Shown here one piece after another: positions 49,737-62,648 of a stretch of DNA of 64,000 nt. How positions within the stretch are numbered: position 1 is the stretch's first letter; each line of letters opens with the position of its first letter. Source of the DNA: Malacoraja senta (lineage: Eukaryota); assembly GCA_038087875.1 (NCBI GenBank), contig CM075990.1, positions 868,001 to 932,000 on the forward strand. Reading direction: 5' to 3'. Both the position numbers and the translations under genes were made by a program. The notes under the pieces were generated by a model. That model was not told the origin of the DNA. It ran no database searches and was given only the letters and a program-made list of their open reading frames with translations.

Positions 49737-50720
49737 TAATCAAGAATCTATCTATCTCTGCCATAAAAATATCCATTGGCCTCCACAGCCTTCTGTGGCA
49801 AAGAATTCCACAGATTCACCACCCTCCTTCCTAAAGGAACGTCCTTTAATTCTGAGGCTATGACCTCTAGTCCTAGACTCGCCCCCAAGGAGAAACATTC
49901 TCTCCACATAGAAGTCCCAAAAGCTACTGAAGGTGTACAATTCATGAATACATGAAACCAAGCCACCAGTTAGTATCTGTTATTTAGCATATTCATTACC
50001 CCTACCTTTGAAATCTGCTCCATGTGGAGTTCAGAAGATGATAGTTGGTATTGACCATTTAACATACCCATTGTCATTACTAATATACCCCACTCCACAC
50101 AGACTTGCTATTAACACGTTTGTTGTCACTAACTTTGTACTCCACCGCTGCGTGCGAAGTTCAGAGAACGCCAGCTAGTATCAGTTGTCAACATGTTCAT
50201 TGTCCTTACCTTGACACATGCGGCACAGAAGCCTCCAGCCAGTATTTGTTAGTAACACATCCACTGTTATTATCTTTGTATCCTGTTTCACGCAGAGCCG
50301 AGAAGTTGTGATCTCGTGTCACTTATTAACATATTAAGTATCCTTACTCTGTTGCGTACAGAACCAAGAAGTCGCGACTTTTGTATAATGTAAGAGTAAA
50401 GTATAGATCCGGTAATTAACACATCGATCTACCTCACCTTTGCACTTCCTCAGTTGTTGTCTTTTTTGGTATATAAATGTCCTGTTGTAACAACTAACTT
50501 TGGAGTTTAAGAAGGAACTGCAGATGCTGGAAAATCGAACTTCTTCAGACTGAAGAAGGGTTTCAGCCTGAAACGTTGCCTATTTCCTTCGCTCCATAGA
50601 TGCTGCTGCACCCACTTTTGTCTAACTAACTTTGGAGATCTGATTTTCACCTATGACTGGGACACTTACTATATGATACATTACGATAGAACGTTATTTA
50701 TCCCAGGAGGGAAATTGAAA

Positions 50721-51658
50721 TGAGTAGGAGTGAACGGGTCCTTTTCAGAATGGCAGGCAGTGGCGAGTGGAGTGCCGCAAGGCTCGGTGTTGGGGCCGCA
50801 ACTGTTTACCATATATATTAATGATTTGGAAGAGGGAATTAGGAGCAACACTAGCAAGTTTGCGAATGACACAAAGCTGGGTGGCAGTGTAAACTGTGAA
50901 GAGGATGTTAGGAGGTTGCAGGGTGACCTGGACAGGTTGAGTGAGTGGGCAGATGCGTGGCAGATGCAGTATAATATAGATAAATGTGAGGTTATCCACT
51001 TTGGCGGCAAAAACAAGGGGGCAGATTATTATCTCAATGGGGTTAGGTTAGGTAAGGGGGAGGTACAGCGAGACCTGGGTGTCCTTGTACACCGGTCACT
51101 GAAAGTTGGCGTGCAGGTACAGCAGGCAGTGAAGAAAGCTAATGGAATGTTGGCCTTCCTAACAAGAGGATTTCAGTATAGGAGTAAAGAGGTTCTTCTG
51201 CAGTTGTATAGGGCTCTGGTGAGACCACATCTGGAGTATTGTGTACAGTTTTGGTCTCCTAATTTGAGGAAGGACATCCTTGTGATTGAGGCAGTGCAGC
51301 GTAGGTTCACGAGATTGATCCCTGGGATGGCGGGACTGTCATATGAGGAAAGATTGAAAAGACTAGGCTTGTATTCACTGGGGTTTAGAAGGATGAGGGG
51401 GAATCTTATAGAAACATATAAAATTATAAATGGACTGGAAAAGCTAGATGCAGGAAAAATGTTCCCAATGTTGGGTGAGTCCAGAATTTAAGAGAGAGTT
51501 AGATAGAGCTCTCGGGGCTAGTGGAGTCAAGGGATATGGGGAGAAGGCAGGCACGGGTTATTGATAGGGGACGATCAGCCATGATCACAATGAACGGCGG
51601 TGCTGGCTCCAAGGGCCGAATGGCCTCCTCCTGCACCTATTTTCTATGTTTCTATGTT
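50721..51658 (+). mobile_element. CR1 LINE 3' fragment with internal deletion near 51486
   Basis: ORF 50730-51491 with RT motifs; TTTCTATG tail. Confidence 0.9.
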
Positions 51659-51659
51659 T

Positions 51660-52085
51660 TTAAGAAACACAAAACACAAACACAAAACACAAAATACATG
51701 AAACATGAAATTAAAGTGACGAGTGGAAGGATCGGGGATGTGCAAAGATTGGGGTACGGGGTGGGGGGGAGGGGGAGGGGGAGAGCCAGTCTACCCCACG
51801 ACAGAAGGGGGAGGAGTTGTACAGTTTGATAGCCACTGGGAAAAAGGATCTCCTGCATCTGTATTGCATCTTGGTGGAAAGTCTGTTGTTGAAGGTACTC
51901 CTCAGGTTGACCAGGGTGTCATGGAGGGGGTGAGCTGTATTGTCCAGGACGCTCTGCAGTTTGAGGAGCATCCTCTCGTCCAAGACCACCTCCCATGAAT
52001 CCAACTCCGCCCCAGGACGGAGCCAGCCTTCCAGATGAGTTTGTTAATCCTGTTGCCGTCCGCAGCCTTCACCCTGCTGCCCTTT
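51660..52085 (-). mobile_element. Rex1/Babar-like LINE 3' fragment (its tail continues at ~50675-50720)
   Basis: RINKLIWKAGSVLG, VLDNTAHPLH and RRSFFPVAIKLYN pieces. Confidence 0.65.
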
Positions 52086-53334
52086 GCCCTGGATCTCCCC
52101 TTGTGCAAGCAAAATAAACTTACTGTTGATGGTTAATGATTTGAGTCCTTAAGTCTTATTATGAGTCGGCACTTCAATAACTTTCACTATTCGATTTGGA
52201 GTATTTTGCTCTGTTTGAGGTTGCTGCATAAATCAAAATGCTGTTCATGGTGAATACATTATTGCTTCATTGCAGCTAAGCCACATTCCCAACAGCATTA
52301 CCTTTCTGTTCAGGGGATCCTTTAATCTCTGGGCACTGAAAGAAGACGTATTTTCTCAAGATGTGTGATGCCTTACTAGATTTATCTACTAAAGTAGCAC
52401 ACATCATATCTACCAGTTGTCATTTTATAGCTGGTCCGACTTCGAAAAAGTGATTCAATTTGTTCAACTCCACTGTCATTTCCTCAAGGCTCTGCAATAC
52501 TTTCCTCTTCAAGTATTTATTCAGTCCCCTTATGTAAGTTCTTATTAATTCAGCTTCCAATACCCTTTCACGCTGAGCTTTCTGGATGATTAAAACTCAT
52601 TCTGTAAATGATTTTCTGTTCTCAAATCCCCCTTGGTACTTTTGCCAAGTAATTTATATCTCTGCACCCTTGACTACTGATCCTTTTAGGACTGGAAACA
52701 TACATTTCCTCTGCGCCATCTTTAGAGCCTTGACATTTTACCTAAGCTTCATGCTTTCCCTGAAAAATAAGATATAACATAAAATAATAGAACTGTACAG
52801 TACAGGAATAGACTCCTTGGCCCACATGCCTGCGCCAAACATGATACTAAGACCTACTCTTATCTGCCTGCATATAATCCATACCAAAAGCCTCTTAAAT
52901 GCCACTATCGTATCTGCCTCAACAACCACCCCTGGCAATGTGTTCCAACTCCCCACCACTCTTTGTGTGAAAAAACCAGCCCCGCACATCTTCATTGTAA
53001 GATCAGTTTAACTAGGCATCATGTTCAGCACAAACATTGTGGGCTGAATGGCCCACTCCAGTGCTGTACTGTTCTACGTTCCATGTTCCATGCCTGCAGC
53101 ATCATAAACACATGGACTCAGACAATAAACACACACAGCAATTAGATACGTGTGCAGATGCCAATAAGCTTAACTCGACTAACATGCTTTCAAGTACCTC
53201 TGTCATGGGAAAAGGTCTCCTCTCAGCTTCCTCTACATGAAAGAAAAGAACCCCAGACTATGCCATCACCTTGTATCCTGGTGCATCTTCTCTACACCAT
53301 TCCAAATGCAATCCCAATCCACCCTAATGTGGTG

Positions 53335-54060
53335 ATCGGAGGTGCAAAGGGACTTGGGAGTGCTAGTGCAGGATTCCCAAAAAGTTCATTTGCAAGTCGA
53401 ATTGGTAGTAAGAAAGGAAAACGCAAAGCTAGCATTTATTTAGAGAGGGCTAGAATACAAAAACAGGGATGTAATGCTGAGGTTCTATAAGGTGCTGGTC
53501 AGGCTGCATTTGGAATATTGTGAGCAATTATGGGCCCCATATCAGATGAAGGATGTGCTGGCACTGGAGAGGGTCCAGAGGAGGTTTATGAGAATGATCC
53601 CAGGAATGAGTGGGTTAACATATGATGAGCGTTTCACGGCACTGGACTACTCGAGAAGGATGAGGGGGTACCTCATTGAAACTTACGGAATAGTGAAAGG
53701 CCTAGGTAGAGTGGATGTGGAAAAGATGTTTCCACTAGTGGGAGAGTCTAGGACCAGAGGTCATAGCCTCAGAATTAAACGATGTTCCTTTAGGAGGAAG
53801 ATGAGAATAAATGTATTTCGTCAGAGGGTGGTGAATCTGTGGAATTCATTGCCACGGAAGGCTGTGGAGGCCGTCAATGAATGTTTTTTTACGGTAGAGA
53901 AAGACAGATTCTTGATTAGTATGGGTGTCAGGGGTCATGGGGAGAAGGCAGGAGAATGAGGTTAAGAGGGAAAGATAGATCGGCCATGATGGAATGGTGG
54001 AGTAGGCTTGATGGGCCGAATGGCATAAGTCTGCTCCTATTACTGATGAACTTATGAACT
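53335..54060 (+). mobile_element. Decayed CR1 3' fragment
   Basis: LVRLHLEYC and RTRGHSLRI motifs. Confidence 0.85.
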
Positions 54061-54559
54061 GTACATACTATTCCAAAGTTTTATAAAGTTGTATGAAGAC
54101 CTTTAATATTCCATGCCCCGACATACCCTTTAATCCAGTTATCATTCTGCTAAAGCTGCTCTGCACACTTTCCAAGTGTAATGGGGCAAACAGAACTGCA
54201 CACAAAACTGCAAATGTAGCCTAACCAAAGTTCTAAAAAGCTGCCTCATGACTTCCTGTCTCAATGCCCCAACCAAAGAAGGCAAGAATACAATACGGGT
54301 TATTTACTACTCATCCACATGCTGCCACTTTCAGGGAGTTATGAATCCCAAGATCCCTCTTTTATTGGTAAATTAATACGGTTTAGGGTCTTGCCATTAA
54401 TGTATATATTTTCCGATTGCTTTTGACCTTCAGAGACATCCAATCTGGTGTAAATCAACTTAAGAAAGTGTCTGAGAAACTACAGCTGGAAAATTCTTAA
54501 ACATAATGGTCATAGGATGAGATAAATCTATAGAGATTAGGTATATTTAATGGATAAAA

Positions 54560-55203
54560 TAGAAACATAGAAACATCGAAACATAGAAACTAGGTGCAGG
54601 AGGAGGCCATTCGGCCCTTCGAGACAGCACCGCCATTCATTGTGATCATGGCTGATCGTCCCCTATCAATAACCCGTGCCTGCCTTCTCCCCATATCCCT
54701 TGACTCCACTAGCCCCTAGAGCTCTATCTAACTCTCTCTTAAATCCATCCAGTGATTTGGCCTCCACTGCCCTCTGTGGCAGGGAATTCCATAGATTCAC
54801 AACTCTCTGGGTGAAAAAGTTTGTTCTCACCTCAGTCTTAAATGACCTCCCCTTTATTCTAAGACTGTGGCCCCTGGTTCTGGACTCGCCCAACATTGGG
54901 AACATTTTTCCTGCATCTAGCTTGTTCAGTCCTTTTATAATTTGATATGTTTCTATAAGATCCCCCTCATCCTTCTAAACTCCAGTGAATACAAGCCTAG
55001 TCTTTTCAATCTTTCCTCATATGACAGTCCCGCCATCCCAGGGATCAATCTCGTGAACCTACGCTGCACTGCCTCAATCACAAGGATGTCCTTCCTCAAA
55101 TTAGGAGACCAAAACTGTACACAATACTCCAGATGTGGTCTCACCAGAGCTCTATACAACTGCAGAAGAACCTCTTTACTCCTATACTGAAATCCTCTTG
55201 TTA
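54560..55203 (-). mobile_element. CR1 3' fragment
   Basis: [13 protein letters not shown] motif; (CATAGAAA)n tail on the plus strand. Confidence 0.9.
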
Positions 55204-55260
55204 TCCTCTAAACATATGGATGGGAAAAAGGAATTTAAATATATGTTTTAAAAGGTTATG

Positions 55261-56504
55261 CAGTAAACCCTCATTTTTGTGGGCGTCTCTATGAAGGGTT
55301 TTGGTTATAGCGGATTGACCTAATGCCCTTCACTGCCAGGCTACACTGCCGATGCCACCCTGGCTGGTGCCGGCCACTCCCACCACTGCTGCCACCGCCA
55401 GCATCGGTGCCACAACTGCTGCCTGGCCGCGCCTGCGATTGCTGCCACCACCACTTCCACGTAGCTGCCTCCGCCATGTCCGCCATCACCCCCGACCATC
55501 ACCGCCGCCAGCACCACCACCACCACCACCACCACGGCCTTCGCTGCTACTACCACAGCCATCATTGCCCATACCAGCACCGGAGTTACTGCCACCTTTG
55601 TTGCTTCCACCACTGACATTGCAGACAGAGTCACCACGATCACTGCCACCACTACCATCTTGGGGTTATGAGGGGAAGGTTATGGGGAGGAGGCAGGAGA
55701 ATGGGGTTAGGAGGGAGAAATAGGTCAGCCATGATTGAATGGGACAGGCAGCATCTCTGGCGAGAAGGAATGTGTGACATTTTGGGTCGAAATTTCACCC
55801 ATTCCTTCCCTCCAGAAATGTTGTCTGACCCGCTGAGTTACTCCCACTTTTTGTGTCTATCTTTGGTTTAAACCAGCACCTGCAGTTCCTTCCTACACAG
55901 TCATGATTGAATGGTGGAGTAGACAATGAGCCAAAGGGCTTAATTCTGCTCCTATCACCAATGACCTTATGACCCTATGACCACAACTGTCACCACCACC
56001 GTCACCACCACTATCACTGCCTCCTGTGGCCAACACAGCTGCCGCAGACACCGCCAACAGCACCACAATCACCACCACAATCACCACCACAATCACCACC
56101 ACAACCACCACTGCAGTCATCACCATTGCTGCCACCACCTCCGATGTCGCTGCAGCCATCCATTACCTGCACTCCGGCCGCCCGCTGGCTGCGACTAATA
56201 ACTCGGACAACCCTCGCCTCTCCCCAGCCACCAGCAAGACAGGGCCGTCGTCTCACCTGGATTTCATGTCCAGTTCCAGACTGAGGAGTCTGAAGAAGGG
56301 TCTGCATCCAAACGTCACCTATCCATGTTCTCCAGTGATACGGCCTGACCAGCTGAGTTACTCTAGCACTCTGTCCTTTTGTGTATTAACCATTAATGTT
56401 GGTTCTCCTATTTATACAATAATAACCCCTTACTCGGTTATAGCGGACAATAACAGACACCATCTCTCCCCCCCACCCCAGTCCATTAAAACAAAGGTTT
56501 ACTG
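55261..56504. mobile_element. Tc1/mariner Tigger-like non-autonomous element with CAC-rich interior and nested insertions
   Basis: Termini CAGTAAACC...GGTTTACTG followed by TA (the left flank reads TG). Internal GGTTATAGCGGA occurs at both ends. Confidence 0.6.
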
Positions 56505-57764
56505 TATTTAGTTATTGAGAGGAGCGGGGTACGTGACCAGAAACACAAATATAGACGTTGCTGTTTTAATGCTGTAAAAAGGGAAGTATGTGGCCAAGGA
56601 TACGTTAAAAATTACATTTATTTATTGAGAGGAGGAGTGTGGACCAGAAATGCAAACATGGACAAGTTAAATCCAAAGTCCTGTTTTGGTGCTGTAATTA
56701 AGGAAGTATGAGAGACCAGTGTTGATACAGTATATTTATTTTCAACCTTTGATTAATTGGTGATTGTTCAGAGAATAGTCGTTAGTATTATGTTGATTCA
56801 GAGGGGTATAAGTCCAGACGAATCATAGCACAGTACATGTTTCCACCTGAGAAAATTTGATATGAAACATGATTCATGTTCCTGAAGCTAGAAACCATTT
56901 TGAACATGCCATGGTAAGTGTGATATTGAAATGAGGCCATCCTATTTTGGGGCATTATTATAGCTTCAAGACCGTATTTTTCATTCAGGTTGTAGTTGAC
57001 ACAGTTTTAAATTGGATAATTATTTAACAGAAATTACGACTGGTTGACGTGAATGGACTAACCAGGCTCTAAGAATAAACCACAGAAGAATTTTCATATG
57101 GAGGCAAGCTAACCTCCATGTAATTGATAAACGACAGTGGTCAATACAAAGTGAGCAAACTGCAGGTGAGAATGCTTTCTCCCCACTTCTCAATGGGCAG
57201 AAGGATTAGCAAAAACTGTTAATGCTTTATTGATTCTCTCATGTAAAAAAAGCAGCAAGATAAATAGACACACAAGAATTGATTTGAAAATAATTAGTAT
57301 GCGGATAAATGGGTCCTTGGCCGTTCATGTATCAGCTGCAGAATGCATCATCTAATGGTTGAATAGGAAGAATCGTTCTTGCATCAAAATTCTGAAGGTT
57401 TACTTGCTTTTTCGAGGAGGAAGTTTGAATTTAATGACAGAAGTTTAAATGTGATTGATTGGCTTCTAGTAATTAATGATCATCCAATTTGTACAAGAAT
57501 GGATGAGATGGCTTGGCTTTCTGCTTCAACCTAACTGCTAGCTTTAATTGAAATTAATTCAGGATGGTATTGATGCAGTTCCTAATTGGGTTAATAATGG
57601 AAGTCTTATCTTACAAACAGGAAAAATGTTTCAACTCTATTCCCAGCAGTTTTGTGTAGTAAGGATAGAATAGAAATAGATGCCTTCTCTTATCCAAAGT
57701 TCAAAATGGTAGATTGGATTGAAATGTTAACATGACCAAATTAATATTTTTCTTTCGGAAATTG

Positions 57765-58057
57765 AGCGGCACGATGGCGCAGCGGTAGAGTTGCTGCCTT
57801 ACTGTGCTTACAGCGCTGCAGACCCGGGTTCTATCCAGATCATGGGTACTGTCTGTGCAGAGTTTATACGTTCTCCGGGTTTTCTCAAAGATCTTCGGTT
57901 TCCTCCCACACTCCAAAGACGTACTGGTTTGTGGTGAATTGACTTGGTATGAATGTTAAAAAATTGTCCCTTGGCTTTGTAGGATAGTGTCCATGTGCGG
58001 GGATCACTGGTCAGTGCAGACTCGGTGGGCCCACTGTATCTCTAAACTAAACTAAAC
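57765..58057 (+). mobile_element. tRNA-derived SINE (V-SINE/HE1-like)
   Basis: GCGGCACGATGGCGCAGCGGTAGAG A-box, GGGTTCTATCC B-box-like motif, shared core and (CTAAA)n tail. Confidence 0.8.
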
Positions 58058-58888
58058 TTTTAAGAATAAGGAGTAAGCCATTTAGAACGGAGATGAGGAA
58101 ACACTTTTTCTCACAGAGAGTGGTGAGTCTGTGGAATTCTCTGCCTCAGAGGGCGGTGGAGGCAGGTTCTCTGGATGCTTTCAAGAGAGAGCTAGATAGG
58201 ACTCTTAAAAATAGTGGTCAGGGGATATGGGGAGAAGGCAGGAACGGGGTACTGATTGGGGATGATCAGCCATGATCACATTGAAGGGCCAAATGGCCTA
58301 CTCCTGCACCTATTGTCTATTGTCTATTGTCTAAACTAAATTAATTAGACATAGAGTTTCACAGGAGGTGTTATTAATTATTTGCAATTGTGGTAGTTCA
58401 GGCAGGTTTTATCAGGACTAGTTAGGAACAAGATTATGCGGCGTGACAACTTATGATTTGGCATTTCTAGCCTCAAAGGTTTTCAGAAGGATTGTGAATG
58501 AAATCCACATTCATTCCTTACAGCAGAGGTGAAGCAGAGGCCTACATCTGCTCTTAATTTATGTTGGTCCACAAATTGGCCCCACTTGGCCCCAATAGGG
58601 TGGGATGCTTCTTTCAACAAAATAATTAAGCATATACTACAAATATTTCACTTCACAATTTCAAGATGGAAGCTCTGCGACGTGTCAGGTAGAATGCACA
58701 CAGCCAAACTTACTGTGTTACAATAGTCATTCTTTATGTTCAATAATCTGCAGTCATTATGAGACAGATTTTGTTGGAATGTTGCATCATACATGTCATA
58801 GCGTGACAGAGTCATACAGCATGCAAACAGGTCGACTAAGGTGCCCCATCAACACTTGTCCCACCTGCCTGCGTTTAACCCTCTAAAG

Positions 58889-59255
58889 TTTAGGCTGGTC
58901 AGCTTACAACACAGTGGTATGGATATTGAGTTCTCTAACTTCAAGTAAACCTTGCAACCCTCTCTCTCCGTCTCTCCCCCACCCAAGTCGTACCAGCTTC
59001 AAAGTTGTCTTGTTGAGTCTCATTGTCTATACTCATTCTGACCTAGCATACAGCTAACTATGGCCTGTCTCCTTTAACATCTTTACTTTTTTGCATATCT
59101 TTCATTCATTTGTTCTATATCTCTCTACATCACCGTCTATATCTCTCTTTTCCCTTTCCCCTGTTTCTCAGTCTGAAGAAGGGTCTTGACCCAAAATATC
59201 ACCTATTCCCTTTCTCCAGAGATGCTGAGTTACTCCAGCTTTTCGTGTCTATTTT
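58889..59255 (+). mobile_element. Penelope-like element 3' end: ORF C-terminus plus 3' UTR with hammerhead-like motif
   Basis: 58889-58948 translates as FRLVSLQHSGMDIEFSNFK*, resembling the end of PLE GIY-YIG ORFs. CTGAAGAAGGGTCTTGACCCAAAA at 59173. Confidence 0.7.
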
Positions 59256-59805
59256 CTTATCTATGTACCTGTCCAAATGTTCTATTAAACGTTGTAATAG
59301 TTTCTGCCTCAACTGCCCCCTCTGCCAGCTCATTCCATATACTCACCATCCTCTGTATGAATAAGTTGCCCCTCAGATTTCTATAAAATCTTTCCCCTCT
59401 CACCTTAAATCAGTCTGTTTATGATTCCCTAAATCTGGGTAAAATACTCTGCATCTACCCAATACCTATTCCCACCGTGATCTTATATACCTCTATAAGA
59501 TCACCTCTCATCCTCCTAGACTCCAAGAAATACAGTCCCAACCTGCCCAACTTCTCCCTCTAGCTCAAGCTCCCAAGTCCTGGCAACATCCTTGTAGCTC
59601 TTTTCAGCTTAACAACACCTTTCCTGTGGCAGGGTGAGCAAAACCGAACACAATACACAATACACAATTGTGGCCTCTCCAGCACCTTGTACACCTGTAA
59701 CATATCATTCTAACTTCTGTACACCACATCCTGACTGAAGAAGGCATTTATGCCAAGAACCTTTGTGACCACGTTTAAGGTGGTCTACCTGTGATTCTAC
59801 TTTCA

Positions 59806-62540
59806 ATAACCATATAACCATATAACAATTACAGCACGGAAACAGGCCATCTCGGCCCTTCTAGTCCGTGCCGAACACTTACTCTCACCTAGTCCCATCT
59901 ACCTGCACTCAGACCGTAACCCTCCATTCCTTTCCCGTCCATATACCTATCCAATTTATTTTTAAATGATAAAAACGAACCTGCCTTCACCACTTCCGCT
60001 GGAAGCTCATTCCGCACAGCTACCACTCTCTGAGTAAAGAAGTTCCCTCTCATGTTACCCCTAAACTTCTGTCCCTTTATTCTCAAATCATGTCCTCTTG
60101 TTTTAATCTTCCCTTTCCTCAATGGAAAAAGCTTATCCACGTCAACTCTGTCTATCCCTCTCATAATTTTAAAGACCTCTATCAAGTCCCCCCTTTACCT
60201 TCTGCGCTCCAAAGAATAAAGACCTATCTTGTTCAACCTTTCTCTGTAACTTAGGTGCTGAAACCCAGGAAACATTCTAGTAAATCTCCTCTGTACTCTC
60301 TCTATTTTGTTGACATCTTTCCTATAATTTGGCGAACAGAATTGTACACCATACTCCAGAATTGGCCTCACCAATGTCTTGTACAATTTTAACATTACAT
60401 CCCAACTTCTATACTCAATGCTCTGATTTATAAAGGCCAGCACACCAAAAGCTTTCTTTACCACCCTATCTACATGAGATTCCACCTTCAGGGAACTATG
60501 CACAGTTATTCCTAGATCCCTCTGTTCAACTACATTCCTCAATTCGCTACCATTTACCATGTACGTCGTATTTTGATTTGTCCTGCCAAGATGTAGCACC
60601 TCACACTTATCAGCATTAAACTCAATCTGCCATCTTTCAGCCCACTCTTCCAAATGGCCTAAATCTCTCTGTAGACTTTGAAAATCTACTTCATTATCCA
60701 CAACACAACCTATCTTAGTATCATCTGCATACTTACTAATCCAATTTACCACACCATCATCCAGATCATTGATGTATATGACAGACAACAGTGGACCCAA
60801 CACTGATCCCTGAGGCACCCCACTAGTCACCGGCCTCCAACCTGACAAACAGCCATCTTACTCTCTGGCATCTCCCATTCAGCCACTGTTGAATCCATCT
60901 TGCTACTCCACCATTAATACCCAACAATTGAATCTTCTTAACCAACCTTCCATGAGGAACCTTGTCAAAGGCCTTACTGAAGTCCATATAGACAACATCC
61001 ACTGCTTTACCCTCATCAATTTTCCTAGTAACCTCTTCAAAAAATTCAAGAAGATTAGTCAAGCATGACCTTCCAGGCACAAATCCATGTTGACTGTTCC
61101 TAATCAGACCCTGCTTATCCAGATGCTTATATATATTATCTTTAAGTATCCTTTCTATTAATTTGCCCACCACTGACGTTAAACTAACAGGTCTATAATT
61201 GCTAGGTTTACTCTTAGAACCCTTTTTAAACAATGGAACAACATGCGCAGTACGCCAATCCTCCGGCACCATTCCCGTTTCTAATGACATTTGAAATATT
61301 TCTGTCATAGCCCCTGCTATTTCTACACTAATTTCCCTCAATGTCCTAGGGAATATCCTGTCAGGACCTGGAGACTTATCCACTTTTATATTTTTCAAAA
61401 GTGTCAGTACTTCCTCTTCTTTGATCCTCATAGTTTCCATAGCTACCCTACTTGTTCCCTTACCTCACATAATTCAATATCCTCCTCCTTGGTGAATACC
61501 GAAGAAAAGAAATTGTTCAATATCTCCCCCATCACTTTTGGCTCTGCAGATAGCTGTTCACTCTGACTCTCTAATGGACCAATTTTATCCCTCGTTATCC
61601 TTTTGCTATTAATATAGCTGTAGAAACCCTTTGGATTTACTTTCACCTTACTTGCCAAAGCAACGTCATATCTTCTTTTAGCTTTTCTAATTTATTTCTT
61701 AAGCTTCTTTTTACATTCTTTATACTCCTCAAGCACTTCATTTACTCCATGCTGCCTATAATTATTGTAGATCTCTCTCTTTTTCCGAACGGTGTCCAAT
61801 TTCCCTTGAAAACCATGGCTCTTTCCAATTATTACTATTTCCTTTCAACCGAACAGGGACATAAAGATTCTGTACTCTTAAAGTTTCACCTTCAAATGTC
61901 CTCCATTTCTCTACTACATCCTTCCCATAAAACAAAATGTCCCAATTCACTCCTTTTAAATCATTTCGCATCTCCTCAAAGTTAGCCTTTCTCCAATCAA
62001 AATTCTCAACCCTTGGTCCAGTTCTGACCTTCTCCATAATTATATTGAAACTAATTGTATTGTGATCACTGGACCCGAAGTGCTCCCCAACACATACCTC
62101 CGCCACCTGACCTGTCTCATTTCCTAACAGGAGGTCCAGCACTGCCCCTTCTCTAGTAGGTACCTCTATGTATTGCTGCAAAAAACTATCCTGCACACAT
62201 TTTACAAACTCCAAACCATCCAGCCCTTTTACAGAATGTGTTTCCCAGTCTATGTGTGGAAAATTGAAATCTCCCACAATCACTACCTTGTGCTTACTAC
62301 TAATATCTGCTATCTCCTTACATTTTTGCTCTTCCAATTCTCGCTCCCCATTTGGCGGTCTATAATACACCCCTATAAGTGTTGCTACACCTTACCCATT
62401 TCTCGGTTCCACCCAAATAACCTCCCTAGACGAGTCCTCTAATCTATCCTGCCAAAGCACTGCTGTAATATCTTCCCTGACAAGCAATGGAACACCCCCA
62501 CCTCTTGCCCCTCCAATTCTATCACCCCTGAAGCAACAAA
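59806..62540 (-). mobile_element. CR1-clade LINE of a second family, ORF2 with frameshifts
   Basis: YYRPP, VGDFN, SDHN, NYRPVSL, QHGF and YADD in successive broken ORFs; (ATAACCAT)n tail on the plus strand. Confidence 0.93.
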
Positions 62541-62567
62541 ATAAACTATGAACCCACGCACATAGAT

Positions 62568-62648
62568 CCTACAACACTCTACAACACTCTACAACACTCT
62601 ACAACACTCTACAACACTTACAACACTTACAACACTCTACAACACTCC
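62568..62648 (+). repeat. 10-bp minisatellite (ACAACACTCT)n
   Basis: Read directly from the sequence. Confidence 0.95.

Noticed and set aside
55289..56511. Pro/His/Thr/Val-rich ORFs as host genes
   Set aside because: Low-complexity triplet tracts interleaved with repeat fragments, with no domain or splice support.
56510..57750. Apparently unique sequence that might hold a host exon or conserved enhancer; also a degenerate ~110-bp duplication at 56510-56730
   Set aside because: There is no recognisable protein or well-bounded exon, and conservation cannot be judged without alignments.
57765..57850. tRNA gene
   Set aside because: It is the tRNA-derived head of a SINE, with no complete cloverleaf.
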